NCBI GenBank assembly: GCA_965223845.1
Contig: CBDCXR010000004.1
Span: 2,784,001 to 2,848,000 of the forward strand
Length of the DNA: 64,000 bases
Origin: Planctomycetota bacterium
Lineage (GTDB): Bacteria > Planctomycetota > UBA8108 > SXIK01
Reading direction: 5' to 3'
Below are positions 18,064 to 29,401 of this stretch, one piece after another (position 1 is the stretch's first letter; every line of letters starts with the position of its first letter). The position numbers and the translations under genes were made by a program. The notes under the pieces are model-generated. The model saw nothing but the letters and a program-made list of their open reading frames with translations. It was not told the origin of the DNA and did not search any database.

Positions 18064-19143
18064 TCAGGAATCGCGCGGCACCGCGAGCATCCGCTCGAGG
18101 CTCCGGCGGGCTCCGTCCGCGACGTCGGGCGGAACGTCAACCTCGAACACGTCTTCCTTGAGCGCGCGCTCGACCTGCGGGAGGTCGATCATCTTCATGT
18201 ACGGACAGTGGAGACGGCACCCGATGCACCCGTCCGCCATGACGAACTCCTTGTCGGGATACGCCTGCTGAAGTCGGTACACGAGCGCCCATTCGGTCGC
18301 GATGATGAACGTCTTCGCCTCTGGGTGACGCGCGACAGCGTCCATCATCCCCGATGTCGAGCAAATCTCGTCGGCGAGCTCGAGCAGGTCCTCGCGACAC
18401 TCGGGGTGCGCGATGACGACCGCGTCCGGATGGCGCTCGCGCTCACCCTCGAGACTGGGCGCGCGGAGGACGTCGTGGGTCGGACAGACGCCGTCGTAGA
18501 CCATGACGTCCTTTTCCGGAACTTGTCGCGCGACCCATCGCCCCAGATTGCGATCGGGAGTGAAGAGGATCTTATCGGAATCGAGGCTCCGGACGACGCT
18601 GACCGCGTTCGCCGAGGTGCAGCAGATGTCCGAGAGCGCCTTCACTTCTGCCGTACTGTTGATATACGTCACGACCGCCCGGTCCGGCTCTCTCTCGCGG
18701 AGCTCTTCGAGGCTCTCGGGCGTAATCGAGTCGGCGAGCGAACACCCGGCGGCGAGGTTCGGAAGGAGCACCTTCTTACCGGGGTTCAGAACCTTGGCGG
18801 ACTCCGCCATGAAGTGGACGCCGCAAAAAACGATGCGTTCGGCCTCGGTTTTTTGTGCCTCGAGCGCCAGGGCGAGCGAATCGCCTAGGATGTGCGCGAC
18901 CTCTTGGACCTGCGGCAACTGGTAGTTGTGCGCGAGGATGACCGCGTTCTTCTCTCGAGCGAGGTGCCGAATTCGGTCTTGCTGCGCGCGAATCGACGGC
19001 AGATCGTCGGCGTCGACGCTCCAGGGCGCGGGCGCCGAGAAGGTCGCGATCCCGCCGCCGTGCGAATCCCCGTCGGACGCGAGATCGGACGGGATCGGCT
19101 CAGCGGGAGCGGCGGCGTCTTCGGCGGCGATTGGACTCTTCAA
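18064..19143 (-). CDS. nadA: Quinolinate synthase
   Basis: AVILAHNYQ, GDSLAL, FCGVHFMAE, GCSLAD, YINS, CTSANA, AHPEC, CPYMK. Start uncertain: TTG 19143 chosen, ORF open to 19332. Confidence 0.95.
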   Translation of the reverse strand: MKSPIAAEDAAAPAEPIPSDLASDGDSHGGGIATFSAPAPWSVDADDLPSIRAQQDRIRHLAREKNAVILAHNYQLPQVQEVAHILGDSLALALEAQKTEAERIVFCGVHFMAESAKVLNPGKKVLLPNLAAGCSLADSITPESLEELREREPDRAVVTYINSTAEVKALSDICCTSANAVSVVRSLDSDKILFTPDRNLGRWVARQVPEKDVMVYDGVCPTHDVLRAPSLEGERERHPDAVVIAHPECREDLLELADEICSTSGMMDAVARHPEAKTFIIATEWALVYRLQQAYPDKEFVMADGCIGCRLHCPYMKMIDLPQVERALKEDVFEVDVPPDVADGARRSLERMLAVPRDS

Positions 19144-19645
19144 TCGATGCGGTCTCTTCGCTAGTTGCGAGACGGTGAAATCGCGACATCGACCAGATTC
19201 ACGCGGCGACGAAATGCGCCCCTCGAGTGCGCGTGGGTTCCCCCGCGCGCCGTGGCTCGCGCCGACGAATCTAGCGAACTTTCGAAGGAGGATGATTGTA
19301 CCTCGCCCCCCCTCCCTTGCAAGACGGCCCACGTCCTACAAGCTCCCGCACAGCGCGAGTTTCAGCGTGCGATGCTCACCTTCGCGGCGCGACGAATGAG
19401 CGCAGCATTTTTGGGCCGATTCTTCTGGAGTTGAAAAAGGGAACTCCCTATTCTACCGGCTCTTTCGCACGGAGCGGCGGCGGACGGAGTGCCTCCGCCG
19501 ACTCGGTGATCGCGACCCGTCCGCATGCGGGCGAGTCATCGGCTCGGGGAGGATTCTGCCCTGGAAAGGCGATTCGCCGCGAGCCAGCTCCGTCCGGTTC
19601 TACGCCTGCGTTTCGGCGTCGGACGGTTTCGGTGATGGGAAAACG

Positions 19646-21070
19646 ATGACAACTCAGCCCGCCCGCCAATTCAAGATCCGCCGCGGCCTCGATCTGCCGC
19701 TGACGGGGGAGCCGGACGCGACCCTCGACGACGCGAGCGGAGTTCGATCCGTCGCGCTGCTCGGCCCGGACTACGTGGGGATGCGTCCGACGATGGCGGT
19801 GAAGGTCGGTGACCACGTCGAGCGCGGTCAGGTGATCTTCAGCGACAAGAAGACCGCCGGGGTCGTCTACACGGCGCCGGGGACCGGAACGGTGTCGGCG
19901 GTTCACCGCGGCGAGAAGCGCGCCTTTCTCTCCTGCGTGATCGATCTCGACGACGACGAGGAAGCCGGCGGTGCGGTCTCGTTCGCCGACCAAACGAAGA
20001 AGCGGCTCGACGAGCAGACGCGCGACGAAGTCGAGTCCGTGCTCGTCGCCTCGGGCCTGTGGCCGTCACTCCGCACGCGGCCCTTTAGTCGCGTACCGGC
20101 ACCGGGCTCGGCTCCGAGCTCGATCTTCGTCACGGCAATCGATACGAACCCGCTCGCTGCCGACCCCGCGACGCTCATCGCGCGTCGACGCGAGCATTTC
20201 CAGACTGGACTGACAGCGCTCGCGAAGCTCACCGACGGACCGGTGTACCTTTGCCAACGACCCGACGCGAACCACCTCGCGGGTTGGGGGGCGGAGGCGG
20301 GGCGCCAAAATATCGTCACTGCGGCCTTCGCGGGCCCCCATCCGGCGGGCCTCGCCGGGACCCACATCCACCTCCTCGACCCGGTCAGCGCTTCGAAAAC
20401 CGTCTGGTCGATCGGTTACCAAGACGTCCTCGCGTTCGGCGCTCTTTTTCAGACCGGTGAGCTCGACGTCGAGCGCATCGTTTCAATCGCCGGACCGGCG
20501 GCCAACCGGCCGCGTCTCGTGCGCACGCGCATCGGCGCGAACATCGACGATCTCATCCGCGGCGAGATCTCACCCGAGCTCACCGCGAGCGACGACGCGA
20601 GCGGAAAGCGCGACTGGCGCGCGGTATCCGGCTCCGTCCTATCGGGGCGCACCGCGGCCGGGCCGCTCGGATTCCTCGGCCGGTACCACGTTCAGGTGAG
20701 CCTCCTGCGAGAAGGGCGCGACCGCGTCTTCCTCGGATGGCAGCGGCCCGGGTTCGACAAGTTCTCGGTGAAGAGCGTCTTCGCGTCGAAGCTCTTCCCC
20801 GGAAAGAAATTCCCGCTGTCGACTTCGACCGAAGGCAGCAGGCGAGCGATGGTACCGATCGGCTCCTACGAGAAGGTGATGCCGCTCGATATCGAGCCGA
20901 CGTTTCTCCTCCGCTCGCTCATCGTCGACGACACGGACCAAGCGCAGGCGCTCGGCTGTCTCGAGCTCGACGAGGAAGATCTCGGCCTTTGCACGTTCGT
21001 CTGTCCCGGGAAGTACGAGTACGGTCCGATCCTGCGTCGGAACCTATCGACGATCGAGAAATTCGGTTAG
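19646..21070 (+). CDS. nqrA: Na+-translocating NADH:quinone oxidoreductase subunit A
   Basis: [45 protein letters not shown]. Confidence 0.96.
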   Translation: MTTQPARQFKIRRGLDLPLTGEPDATLDDASGVRSVALLGPDYVGMRPTMAVKVGDHVERGQVIFSDKKTAGVVYTAPGTGTVSAVHRGEKRAFLSCVIDLDDDEEAGGAVSFADQTKKRLDEQTRDEVESVLVASGLWPSLRTRPFSRVPAPGSAPSSIFVTAIDTNPLAADPATLIARRREHFQTGLTALAKLTDGPVYLCQRPDANHLAGWGAEAGRQNIVTAAFAGPHPAGLAGTHIHLLDPVSASKTVWSIGYQDVLAFGALFQTGELDVERIVSIAGPAANRPRLVRTRIGANIDDLIRGEISPELTASDDASGKRDWRAVSGSVLSGRTAAGPLGFLGRYHVQVSLLREGRDRVFLGWQRPGFDKFSVKSVFASKLFPGKKFPLSTSTEGSRRAMVPIGSYEKVMPLDIEPTFLLRSLIVDDTDQAQALGCLELDEEDLGLCTFVCPGKYEYGPILRRNLSTIEKFG

Positions 21071-21079
21071 AGCGCCGCC

Positions 21080-22297
21080 ATGAGATTCGCACGAAACTTC
21101 CTCGACCGCCTCCGCCCCCACTTCGAGCAGGGCGGGAAGCTGGAGAAGCTCTATCCAGCTTACGAGATGGTCGATACGTTTCTGTTCACGCCCGACGAGG
21201 TCACTCGCGGCGCGTCTCACGTGCGCGACGCGCTCGATCTAAAGCGCATGATGATCACGGTCGTCGCCGCACTCGGCCCGTGCATCCTCATGGCGATGTG
21301 GAACACCGGCTACCAGGCGAATCTGGCTTTCGCCGCGGTGTCGAATCCCGAGCTCACGTGGCAGGCCTCGCTCGTAGAGACCCTCGGTCTCGCCCTAGAT
21401 CCGGCGAGTCACGTTTCGAACGCGATCCACGGCGCGGCGTACTTCATCCCCGTGTTCCTCGTCTGCAACATCGTCGGCGGGTTTTGGGAGGCGCTCTTCG
21501 CGCTCATTCGAAAGCACGAGATCAACGAAGGTTTTCTCGTCACGGGAATGCTGTTTCCGCTGACGCTTCCGCCCACGATTCCGCTCTGGCAGGTCGCCCT
21601 CGGGATTTCTTTCGGTGTCGTCCTCGGAAAAGAGGTGTTCGGTGGGACCGGGCGGAACTTCCTCAACCCCGCGCTCACCGCCCGCGCGTTTCTCTATTTC
21701 GCCTACCCCGCACAGATCACGGGCAACGTGTGGACCGCCGGGGCGTCGCCCGACGGCGTGAGCGGCGCGACGATTCTCGGTGAGATCGCCGACGTCGAGC
21801 TCGCACCGGCTGCGCTCGAGAGCTTCGATTGGATGACCGCATTCCTCGGGACGACGCCCGGATCCATGGGCGAAACATCCGCGCTCGCCTGCGTCATCGG
21901 TGCGGTGGTTCTCATCGCGACGGGCGTCGGCTCCTGGCGAATCATGGCCGGCGTCGTGATCGGGACGCTCGCGTTTTCCGGGCTCCTCTACGGCATCGGC
22001 AGCGACACGAACTATCTCTTCCGAGTCCCGCCGTACTGGCACCTCGTGATCGGTGGATTCGCATTCGGAACGGTCTTCATGGCGACCGACCCGGTGTCCG
22101 CGGCGATGACGACACTCGGGAAGTGGATCTACGGAATCCTCATCGGGGTAATGACGATCCTCGTCCGCGTGGTCAATCCCGCGTTTCCCGAGGGCATCAT
22201 GCTCGCGATTCTCTTCGGCAACGTCTTCGCACCGGTGATCGACCACTACGTCGTGAAGGCCAACATCAAACGCCGTCTGGCGAGGACTCAAGCGTGA
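21080..22297 (+). CDS. nqrB: Na+-NQR subunit B
   Basis: [25 protein letters not shown] site [15 protein letters not shown]. Confidence 0.96.
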   Translation: MRFARNFLDRLRPHFEQGGKLEKLYPAYEMVDTFLFTPDEVTRGASHVRDALDLKRMMITVVAALGPCILMAMWNTGYQANLAFAAVSNPELTWQASLVETLGLALDPASHVSNAIHGAAYFIPVFLVCNIVGGFWEALFALIRKHEINEGFLVTGMLFPLTLPPTIPLWQVALGISFGVVLGKEVFGGTGRNFLNPALTARAFLYFAYPAQITGNVWTAGASPDGVSGATILGEIADVELAPAALESFDWMTAFLGTTPGSMGETSALACVIGAVVLIATGVGSWRIMAGVVIGTLAFSGLLYGIGSDTNYLFRVPPYWHLVIGGFAFGTVFMATDPVSAAMTTLGKWIYGILIGVMTILVRVVNPAFPEGIMLAILFGNVFAPVIDHYVVKANIKRRLARTQA

Positions 22298-22334
22298 CCG
22301 CGACCCCAAGCGCTCCCTCGCTCGGAGGAGGCTC

Positions 22335-23144
22335 ATGAGCAAATCCACCGACAGCATCGCCAACACGTTTATCGTCGCGACGGTCCTGTGCGTCGTGTGC
22401 TCGGTGCTCGTCTCGTCCGTAACCGTCTTTCTGCGGGAGGTACAGGGCGAGAACAAGGAGCGCGACCGGCAAAAGAACGTGCTCGTCGCGGCCGGGCTCT
22501 ACGACGAGGCGAGCGGCGATCCGGCCACGATCCCGGAGCAGTTCTCACGGTTTGAAGCGCGCGTCGTCGAGTTCGCGACCGGTGATTTCTACACCGGCGA
22601 AGACATCGATCCGGCGACGTTCGACCAGAAGGCCGCGGCGAAGGACCCTGCACGCGGGACGCTGGTCGCGCGCGACGTCGATATCGCCGGGATCAAGCGA
22701 CAATCGAAGTACGCCGTCGTCTACCTTCTTCGAGGCGCGGGAGGCGCGGTCGAACAGGTCGTTCTCCCGGTCCACGGGTACGGACTCTGGTCGACTCTCT
22801 ACGGCTTCCTCGCGCTGGGGCCGGACCTGAACACGATCCGCGGCCTCACGTTCTACGAGCACAAGGAGACCCCGGGGCTCGGCGGCGAGGTCGACAATCC
22901 GAGCTGGAAAGCGAAGTGGCGAACGTCCAAGAAGGCGTTCTGCGACGACGACCTCGAGAAGGTTTGCATCGAGGTCGTCAAGGGAGCGGCGGCGAGCGCC
23001 GATCCTCACGCAGTGGACGGACTCTCGGGCGCGACGATCACTACGCGAGGCGTCTCGAATCTCCTCGCCTACTGGCTAGGCGAGCACGGATTCGGTCCGT
23101 TTCTCAGCAAACTTCGGGCGGGCGCGGCAACTTCGGAGAATTGA
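22335..23144 (+). CDS. nqrC: Na+-NQR subunit C
   Basis: GYGLWS, ETPGLGGE and FMN site VDGLSGATIT. Confidence 0.95.
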   Translation: MSKSTDSIANTFIVATVLCVVCSVLVSSVTVFLREVQGENKERDRQKNVLVAAGLYDEASGDPATIPEQFSRFEARVVEFATGDFYTGEDIDPATFDQKAAAKDPARGTLVARDVDIAGIKRQSKYAVVYLLRGAGGAVEQVVLPVHGYGLWSTLYGFLALGPDLNTIRGLTFYEHKETPGLGGEVDNPSWKAKWRTSKKAFCDDDLEKVCIEVVKGAAASADPHAVDGLSGATITTRGVSNLLAYWLGEHGFGPFLSKLRAGAATSEN

Positions 23145-23156
23145 CTCGAGGTCCAA

Positions 23157-23801
23157 ATGGCAAAGGAACGCGCGAAGGACGTCCTCTTCGGACCGGTCTT
23201 CAGCAACAACCCGATCGCGCTTCAAGTCCTCGGGATTTGCTCGGCGCTCGCAGTGACGAGTCAGCTGAAGCCCACGGTGACGATGTGTCTCGCCGTCCTC
23301 TTCGTGCTCGGCGTCTCGAACTCGGCGGTGAGCCTCATCCGCTCGTATATCCCGAACAGCATCCGCATCATCGTCCAGATGACGATCATCGCGACCCTCG
23401 TCATCGTCGTCGACCAATTCCTTCAGGCGTACGCGTTCGAGACGAGCAAGCAGCTCAGCGTGTTCGTCGGTCTCATCATCACGAATTGCATCGTGATGGG
23501 GCGCGCCGAGGGTTACGCGATGAAGAACGGCGTCTTCATGAGCTTTCTCGACGGTGTCGGAAACGGGCTCGGGTACAGCGTCCTTCTTCTGATCGTCGGA
23601 GTGATCCGAGAATTCGTCGGCTCGGGGAAGCTGTTCGGCATCGAGATCCTTCGTCTCGCGAGCGTCGTCGGACCCGAAGGGGAACCGGGCTGGTACGTGC
23701 AGAACGGCCTGATGCTGCTCCCACCGAGCGCGTTCTTCATCATCGGCCTTCTCATCTGGGCGCTCCGCACCTGGAAGACCGATCAGGTCGAGGATCACTG
23801 A
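23157..23801 (+). CDS. nqrD: Na+-NQR subunit D
   Basis: [18 protein letters not shown] and [13 protein letters not shown]. Confidence 0.96.
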   Translation: MAKERAKDVLFGPVFSNNPIALQVLGICSALAVTSQLKPTVTMCLAVLFVLGVSNSAVSLIRSYIPNSIRIIVQMTIIATLVIVVDQFLQAYAFETSKQLSVFVGLIITNCIVMGRAEGYAMKNGVFMSFLDGVGNGLGYSVLLLIVGVIREFVGSGKLFGIEILRLASVVGPEGEPGWYVQNGLMLLPPSAFFIIGLLIWALRTWKTDQVEDH

Positions 23802-23802
23802 C

Positions 23803-24402
23803 ATGCTCGAACAGTACTTGAGCCTCTTCTTCAAGGCCGTCTTCGTCGAGAACCTCGCGCTCGCGTTCTTCCTCGGAATGTGCACCTTCCTCGCGGTGTC
23901 GAAGCAGGTGAGCACGGCGATGGGCCTCGGCATCGCCGTGATCGTGATCCAGGGAATCACGGTCCCGGTGAACAATCTCATCTACAACCACGTACTCAAG
24001 CCCAGTGCTCTCGCGGAGGGCGTCGATCTCACTTTCCTCGGGCTGATCAGCTACATCGGCGTGATCGCTGCGATGGTGCAGATCCTCGAGATGACGCTCG
24101 ATCGATACGTGCCCGCTCTCTACAACGCGCTCGGGATCTTCCTACCGCTCATCACCGTAAACTGCGCCATCCTCGGCGGATCGCTCCTCATGGTCGAACG
24201 CGACTACACGTTTGGCGAGAGCGTCGTGTTTGGGCTCGGATCGGGAGTCGGCTGGGCCCTCGCGATCGTTGCGCTCGCCGGCATCCGCGAGAAGCTCAAG
24301 TATTCGGACGTACCGACGGGACTCCGCGGGCTCGGCATCACGTTCATCATCGTGGGCCTCATGGCGCTCGCGTTCATGGGCTTCGGCGGGATCAAGCTGT
24401 AG
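23803..24402 (+). CDS. nqrE: Na+-NQR subunit E
   Basis: [13 protein letters not shown] and [10 protein letters not shown]. Confidence 0.96.
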   Translation: MLEQYLSLFFKAVFVENLALAFFLGMCTFLAVSKQVSTAMGLGIAVIVIQGITVPVNNLIYNHVLKPSALAEGVDLTFLGLISYIGVIAAMVQILEMTLDRYVPALYNALGIFLPLITVNCAILGGSLLMVERDYTFGESVVFGLGSGVGWALAIVALAGIREKLKYSDVPTGLRGLGITFIIVGLMALAFMGFGGIKL

Positions 24403-24468
24403 GCGTCCCGCGGATGCGTCGTGCCGCCTGGTTCGAGACACCACTCTTAGAGACTGACCCGAAAACCT

Positions 24469-25698
24469 ATGACTGAGATCGCCCTCGGAGTGGTCATGTT
24501 CACGGTGATCGTGCTCGCGCTCGTCGTGATGATCCTCGCGGCCAAAGCGAAGCTCGTCGCGAGCGGCGATGTCCGCATCCTCATCAACGACGACGAGTCG
24601 AAGGCGCTCACCGTCCCTGCGGGCGGCAAGCTGCTGAACGTTCTCGGCGACAGCAAGATCTTCGTGTCGTCCGCCTGCGGCGGCGGCGGGACCTGCGCGC
24701 AGTGCAAGGTGAAGATCTTCGAGGGCGGCGGCGACATTCTCGCGACCGAGCTGAGCCACATCTCGAAACGCGAGGCCGCCGAGGGCGTGCGCCTTTCCTG
24801 CCAGGTCGCGGTGAAGCAGGACATGAAGATCGAGGTTCCCGCCGAAGTCTTCAGCGTTCGGAAATGGAACTGCGTCGTCCGCTCGAATCACAACGTCGCG
24901 ACTTTCATCAAGGAGCTCGTCCTCGAGCTCCCACCCGGCGAGGACGTCGATTTCCGCGCCGGTGGATACATCCAGATCGAGTGTCCGCCCCACAAGCTCA
25001 AGTACGACTCGTTCGACGTCGAGGAGGAGTACCGCGAGGACTGGGACAAGTTCAAGCTGTGGGACATCGAGTCGAACGTCACCGAACCGGTCGTTCGCGC
25101 GTACTCGATGGCGAACTACCCCGAGGAGAAGGGCATCATCATGCTCAACGTGCGCGTCGCGACCCCGCCCCCGCGCGCGCCGGCGGGAACTCCGCCCGGA
25201 AAGATGTCGTCGTGGATCTTCGATCTGAAGCCGGGCGATGAGGTGACGATCTCCGGACCCTTCGGCGAGTTCTTCGCCAAAGACACCGACGCCGAGATGA
25301 TCTACATCGGAGGAGGTGCGGGGATGGCGCCGATGCGCTCCCACCTCTTCGATTTGCTCAAGCGCATCCACACGAAGCGGAAGGTCAGCTTCTGGTACGG
25401 CGCGCGCAGCAAGCGCGAGATGTTCTATGTCGACGATTTCGACATGCTCGCGCGCGAGAACGACAATTTCGAGTGGCACGTCGCGCTGTCGGACCCCCTC
25501 CCGGAAGACGAATGGGAAGGTTACACCGGCTTCATCCACCAGGTCCTTTACGACAACTATCTGAAGGACCACCCTGCTCCCGAGGACTGCGAGTACTACA
25601 TCTGCGGCCCTCCGATGATGAACGCCGCTGTGTTCAAGCTTCTCGATGATCTAGGCGTCGAGAAGGAAAACGTCGCGTACGACGACTTCGGCGGCTGA
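24469..25698 (+). CDS. nqrF: Na+-NQR subunit F
   Basis: [12 protein letters not shown] [2Fe-2S], [26 protein letters not shown]. Confidence 0.97.
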   Translation: MTEIALGVVMFTVIVLALVVMILAAKAKLVASGDVRILINDDESKALTVPAGGKLLNVLGDSKIFVSSACGGGGTCAQCKVKIFEGGGDILATELSHISKREAAEGVRLSCQVAVKQDMKIEVPAEVFSVRKWNCVVRSNHNVATFIKELVLELPPGEDVDFRAGGYIQIECPPHKLKYDSFDVEEEYREDWDKFKLWDIESNVTEPVVRAYSMANYPEEKGIIMLNVRVATPPPRAPAGTPPGKMSSWIFDLKPGDEVTISGPFGEFFAKDTDAEMIYIGGGAGMAPMRSHLFDLLKRIHTKRKVSFWYGARSKREMFYVDDFDMLARENDNFEWHVALSDPLPEDEWEGYTGFIHQVLYDNYLKDHPAPEDCEYYICGPPMMNAAVFKLLDDLGVEKENVAYDDFGG

Positions 25699-25708
25699 GT
25701 CGACTCGA

Positions 25709-26827
25709 ATGCGTGTCCTCGGCCCAGTCTTTCCGTCTCGATCGCCGAACCGAGAACTCGCTCCTCACGCCATTTTGGTCTCGAGCGCTCTTCTCCTTTG
25801 CGTCGTGCCCGCGTGCGAGCGACCGCCCGCCGTCATCTCCTACGGCGGCGCGACGATGGGGACGACCTACTCCGTCAAGATCGCCGGCGTGCTCACGGAA
25901 GACGAGCAACTCCGACTCGAGCGCGCAACGGCGGCGCGGCTCGACGAGATCGACCGGCGAATGTCGACTTGGCGGGACGACTCCGAAGTGACGCGATTCG
26001 GCGCCTCGGCGTCGACCGAGTGGTTCGAAGTCTCCGGGGAAACCGCCGCCGTCGTCGCCACCGCGCAGCGCATCGCCGAAGACACCGGGGGCGCGTTCGA
26101 TATCACCGTTGCTCCGCTCGTCGATCTCTGGGGATTCGGTCCTGAAGGAGAAAAGAGCGTCCCGAGCGACGACGACATCGCCGCTGCGATGGAGACCTGC
26201 GGCTGGTCCCGCCTCGATGTCGGAACGGATTCCGCGGGCCAACCGGCCCTGCGGAAGACAGTCCCCGACCTCCGGATCGATCTCTCGGCGATAGCGAAGG
26301 GCTACGCCGTCGATGCGATCGCAGAGGTCCTGGAGGCGATGGGACACTCGTCCTACATGGTCGAGATCGGAGGAGAGGTGCGCGTCGCGGGCGAGAAGGC
26401 GCCGGGAACTCCGTGGCGGATCGGCATCCAACTCCCCGACGCCGCGCGCGCGGTCGTCGAGTCGATCGTCGCCCTCGAGCACGGCGCGCTCGCGACTTCC
26501 GGCGACTACCGCAACTTCTTCCGCGCGGGGGCTCGCCGGTACTCGCACACGATCGACCCCCGCACCGGTCGGCCGGTCGAACACTCGCTCGCCTCCGTGA
26601 GCGTAATCGCACCGACGTGTGAAGAGGCCGACGCTCTCGCAACCGCGCTCATGGTTCTCGGCCCGGAAGAAGGCTATACTCTCGCTACAGAGCGCGGCCT
26701 TGCGGTGCTCCTGGTCGTGCGGAAGCCATCGCCGAACGGCGCAGCCGAGCCGGAGGCGCCTAGATTCGAACACCGCATGACGCCGAGCATGGAGCGCCAC
26801 CTATCGCGCTCGACGCATTCGCCGTAG
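25709..26827 (+). CDS. apbE: FAD:protein FMN transferase
   Basis: TMGTTY, DLSAIAKG, EIGGE, ATSGDY, HTIDPRTG, ADALATA. Confidence 0.95.
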   Translation: MRVLGPVFPSRSPNRELAPHAILVSSALLLCVVPACERPPAVISYGGATMGTTYSVKIAGVLTEDEQLRLERATAARLDEIDRRMSTWRDDSEVTRFGASASTEWFEVSGETAAVVATAQRIAEDTGGAFDITVAPLVDLWGFGPEGEKSVPSDDDIAAAMETCGWSRLDVGTDSAGQPALRKTVPDLRIDLSAIAKGYAVDAIAEVLEAMGHSSYMVEIGGEVRVAGEKAPGTPWRIGIQLPDAARAVVESIVALEHGALATSGDYRNFFRAGARRYSHTIDPRTGRPVEHSLASVSVIAPTCEEADALATALMVLGPEEGYTLATERGLAVLLVVRKPSPNGAAEPEAPRFEHRMTPSMERHLSRSTHSP

Positions 26828-26887
26828 TCGCTGTTCCGTCGGCGCGCGCCTCGTCCGGACGTCCCGACACCATCGCGAAGAACGAGC

Positions 26888-27112
26888 ATGGAAGTCTACT
26901 TGATCGCGTTCGCCACGTTTGCCGCCGTCATCGCCGCAATGGCGATCGGAGTCATCGTCAGCGGCCGACGCATCCGAGGGACGTGCGGCGGATTGAACGC
27001 GTGGACAGACGGTGACGGGCGGCCGATCTGCGATGCCTGCGCCGATTGTCCGGAGCAGAAGCAGAACTGCGAGCTCGAGGACGCAGCGGCGACTTCCTCC
27101 GCGCGTCGTTGA
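26888..27112 (+). CDS. nqrM: Na+-NQR maturation protein NqrM
   Basis: AMAIGVIVSGRRIRGTCGGL followed by CDAC; follows apbE. Confidence 0.85.
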   Translation: MEVYLIAFATFAAVIAAMAIGVIVSGRRIRGTCGGLNAWTDGDGRPICDACADCPEQKQNCELEDAAATSSARR

Positions 27113-27558
27113 GTGCGGTCCCCGCGCTCGGTGAACCTTCGCCAACTTCGAACGGAGATCCGCGCGTGACGGCCGTGTACGTTCTCCCGACTCCTTGCGC
27201 GGCGGCCGCTCGTGTCGTCGAGAGTCTTCGCGTGCCGTCGAGATTCGAGCGCGACCGAGGGCTTCTCGTCGTCGATCATCCCGAGGCGGCGGAGGTCGCG
27301 CTCGCGTGCGGTGCGCTCAGTCACGCGGCGGCACGTGAGCTGTTCGACGCTCGCCGACACCTGCTGCCGCCCCGCCGCGTCGTCGTAGCGCGGTGCGGCG
27401 TCGACTGTCCGCGCGCGCTGCGCACCTACGCCGTCGCGCCACCAGCGAGCGAATGGCTGCCCGTCGACGCTTGGATCGAGTGCTGTGCTCCCGGCCGAGA
27501 CGTACTCGCGCGAGCCCTCGCAGCGAGCGAAGCATCCGACTCGACAGATTCGCCATGA
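27109..27558 (+). CDS. Highly divergent NuoB-like protein
   Basis: VVDHPEAAEVALACGALSH aligns with Nuo[20 protein letters not shown], and TYAVAPPASEWLPVDAWIECCAPGRDVL with [31 protein letters not shown] overlaps the nqrM stop (alternative GTG 27166); its TGA overlaps the next ATG. Confidence 0.7.
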   Translation: MSAVPALGEPSPTSNGDPRVTAVYVLPTPCAAAARVVESLRVPSRFERDRGLLVVDHPEAAEVALACGALSHAAARELFDARRHLLPPRRVVVARCGVDCPRALRTYAVAPPASEWLPVDAWIECCAPGRDVLARALAASEASDSTDSP

Positions 27559-29156
27559 GCGACGCGGGAACAGTGAATGTCTCGGCTCGACCGCGGAGAC
27601 CCGCGCTCGACGAGCAACTGCGCCATCGATTCGGATCGATCGTCAATCGGCGGACCGACGGCGCGAAGGAGGGCTCTCCGTCGATCCTCACCGTCCCGCG
27701 AGAACACGTCCTCCCCGTTCTCGCGTTTCTCGCGCGAGACGCGGATCCTCGCGCGGCGACTCTCTGGGACATCACCGTCGTCGATCACGGGGCCGGGAGG
27801 GACGTTCCGCGCTTCGAGGTCCTCTACTCCGTTCGGGACGCGACGGGCGCCGCGCTCGCCGTCTCGGTGTTCATCGCCGCGGACGATCTCGCCCTCCCGT
27901 CCTGCGTCGACCTCTGGCCGAGCGCCGAGTGGCTCGAACTCGAGGCGGAGGATTTCTTCGGTCTCGAGTTCGACGGCCATCCCCACACGCACCGCCTGTT
28001 TCTCCCCGACGACTACCCGGCGTTTCCACTCCGGCGAGAGATTCCGCTCGCCGGCGTCTCGCGTGAACGCGCGCCGCTCGCCAGCCCACCGCGCGCCGGC
28101 CGAGGGCGCTTCCGGATGGATGGAGTCGGCGACGCGCCGGTCGTCGGACCGAGCATCGAGTGGACGTCGCAAGGGGAGCGCGTCGCCGAGGTCGATGTCG
28201 CCATCGGACGATCGCACCTCGGATTTGAAAAGCGCTTTGAAGGTCTCGGCGCCGAGGAGTGCGTCGAGCTCGCCCGCCACATCGATCGGCGCGCCACGGT
28301 CCACGTCGCGTGGGCCGTCGCCCTCGCCTTCGAGCAGGCATTCGATCTCGCCGTAGATACTCGGGGCGAGACGCTCCGCGTCATCGCCGGCGAGCTCGAA
28401 CGAATCGCCGCGCATCTCGCGTGCGTGCGAGAGACGTTTCTCGCGATCGGATGCGAGCGACTCGCCGGGTCGGCGACGCGGCTTCTCGCGAGTGCGGAGA
28501 CCGCGCTGGCGAGTGCAGCGATCACCGTCGAGTTCGGAAATGCACGCGAGGCCGCGGGCTCGGCGCTCACCGAGGCGCTCGGGCTAGTGTTCGCGCGTCT
28601 TCCGCGTGGCTTGACCGATTTCCGGCAGAACTTTGCGCGGGATCGTTTCGCCGCACTTCGTCTCCGCGGGATCGGCGTCACTCGCGGCGGCTCCGCGGGA
28701 ACGGGTCCCACCGCTCGCGCCGCGGGAATCGCTCGGGATGTCAGACGCGATGCCCCCTACGGAAGATACGACGCACTCGAGTTCGACGTCCCCGTCGGCA
28801 ACGGAGGCGATGCTCTCGCTAGGCTCCAACTCCGCCTCGACGAAACGGTCGAGTCTCTGCGTGTGCTCGCGCGCGAGAGAGACGAGCTCGAGCGGCTCGG
28901 CCCGAGCGACGAGCCGAAGACGGTGGCGAGTGAACCCTCGAACCGTTACGCGCACGCGAGGGTCGAGGCTCCAGACGGCGAGATCACGGCGACGCTGGTC
29001 CTCGAAAAAGACGGAACGCCGCTCCGACTCGGGCTTCGATCCGCATCGTTCCAGCACACCGCCGCGCTGCCGAACATCCTCCGCGCCGAGTCCGTCGAAG
29101 ACGTCGCAGCGATCGGTGCGAGCCTTGGGATCCATTCCGGCCTCGTCGATCGTTGA
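27555..29156 (+). CDS. Divergent NuoC-NuoD fusion lacking quinone-site residues
   Basis: NuoC part: RFEVLY, WPSAEWLELEAEDFFGLEFDGHP, FPLRRE. NuoD part: GRSHLGFEK, ELERIAAHL, TGPTARAAG, RDVRRDAPYGRY, VEAPDGE, terminal GLVDR. HPxxHG and DY are absent. Confidence 0.85.
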   Translation: MSDAGTVNVSARPRRPALDEQLRHRFGSIVNRRTDGAKEGSPSILTVPREHVLPVLAFLARDADPRAATLWDITVVDHGAGRDVPRFEVLYSVRDATGAALAVSVFIAADDLALPSCVDLWPSAEWLELEAEDFFGLEFDGHPHTHRLFLPDDYPAFPLRREIPLAGVSRERAPLASPPRAGRGRFRMDGVGDAPVVGPSIEWTSQGERVAEVDVAIGRSHLGFEKRFEGLGAEECVELARHIDRRATVHVAWAVALAFEQAFDLAVDTRGETLRVIAGELERIAAHLACVRETFLAIGCERLAGSATRLLASAETALASAAITVEFGNAREAAGSALTEALGLVFARLPRGLTDFRQNFARDRFAALRLRGIGVTRGGSAGTGPTARAAGIARDVRRDAPYGRYDALEFDVPVGNGGDALARLQLRLDETVESLRVLARERDELERLGPSDEPKTVASEPSNRYAHARVEAPDGEITATLVLEKDGTPLRLGLRSASFQHTAALPNILRAESVEDVAAIGASLGIHSGLVDR

Positions 29157-29350
29157 TCGGCGTCCAGGCGGGGTCGAATCGTCTCGGGTATGGACGTAAA
29201 CCCCACGCCGGGCTCGTTCGCTGAGCGCGAGGTGCGGCGCATCCCGAACGACCGTTTCCGGACGAGAAACCATCGGAGCCCTGCTTGTCAGAGCTGCCAC
29301 GAGGGTTTCCACCATTGGGCCGGAAGCCGACCTCGGCGTACGCGCCACCT

Positions 29351-29365
29351 TGGCATGGACCTTGC
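29351..29365 (+). promoter_or_regulatory. Sigma54 (-24/-12) promoter of the pilin-like gene
   Basis: TGGCATGGACCTTGC matches TGGCAC-N5-TTGC with exact spacing, 36 bp before the ATG. Confidence 0.7.
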
Positions 29366-29401
29366 GGAATTCGTTCGGAGGAATCTTGAGAGGACATCCC
29401 C

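Noticed and set aside
27555-29156. [NiFe]-hydrogenase large subunit
   Set aside because: No N- or C-terminal CxxC Ni ligands; it ends in NuoD-type VDR.
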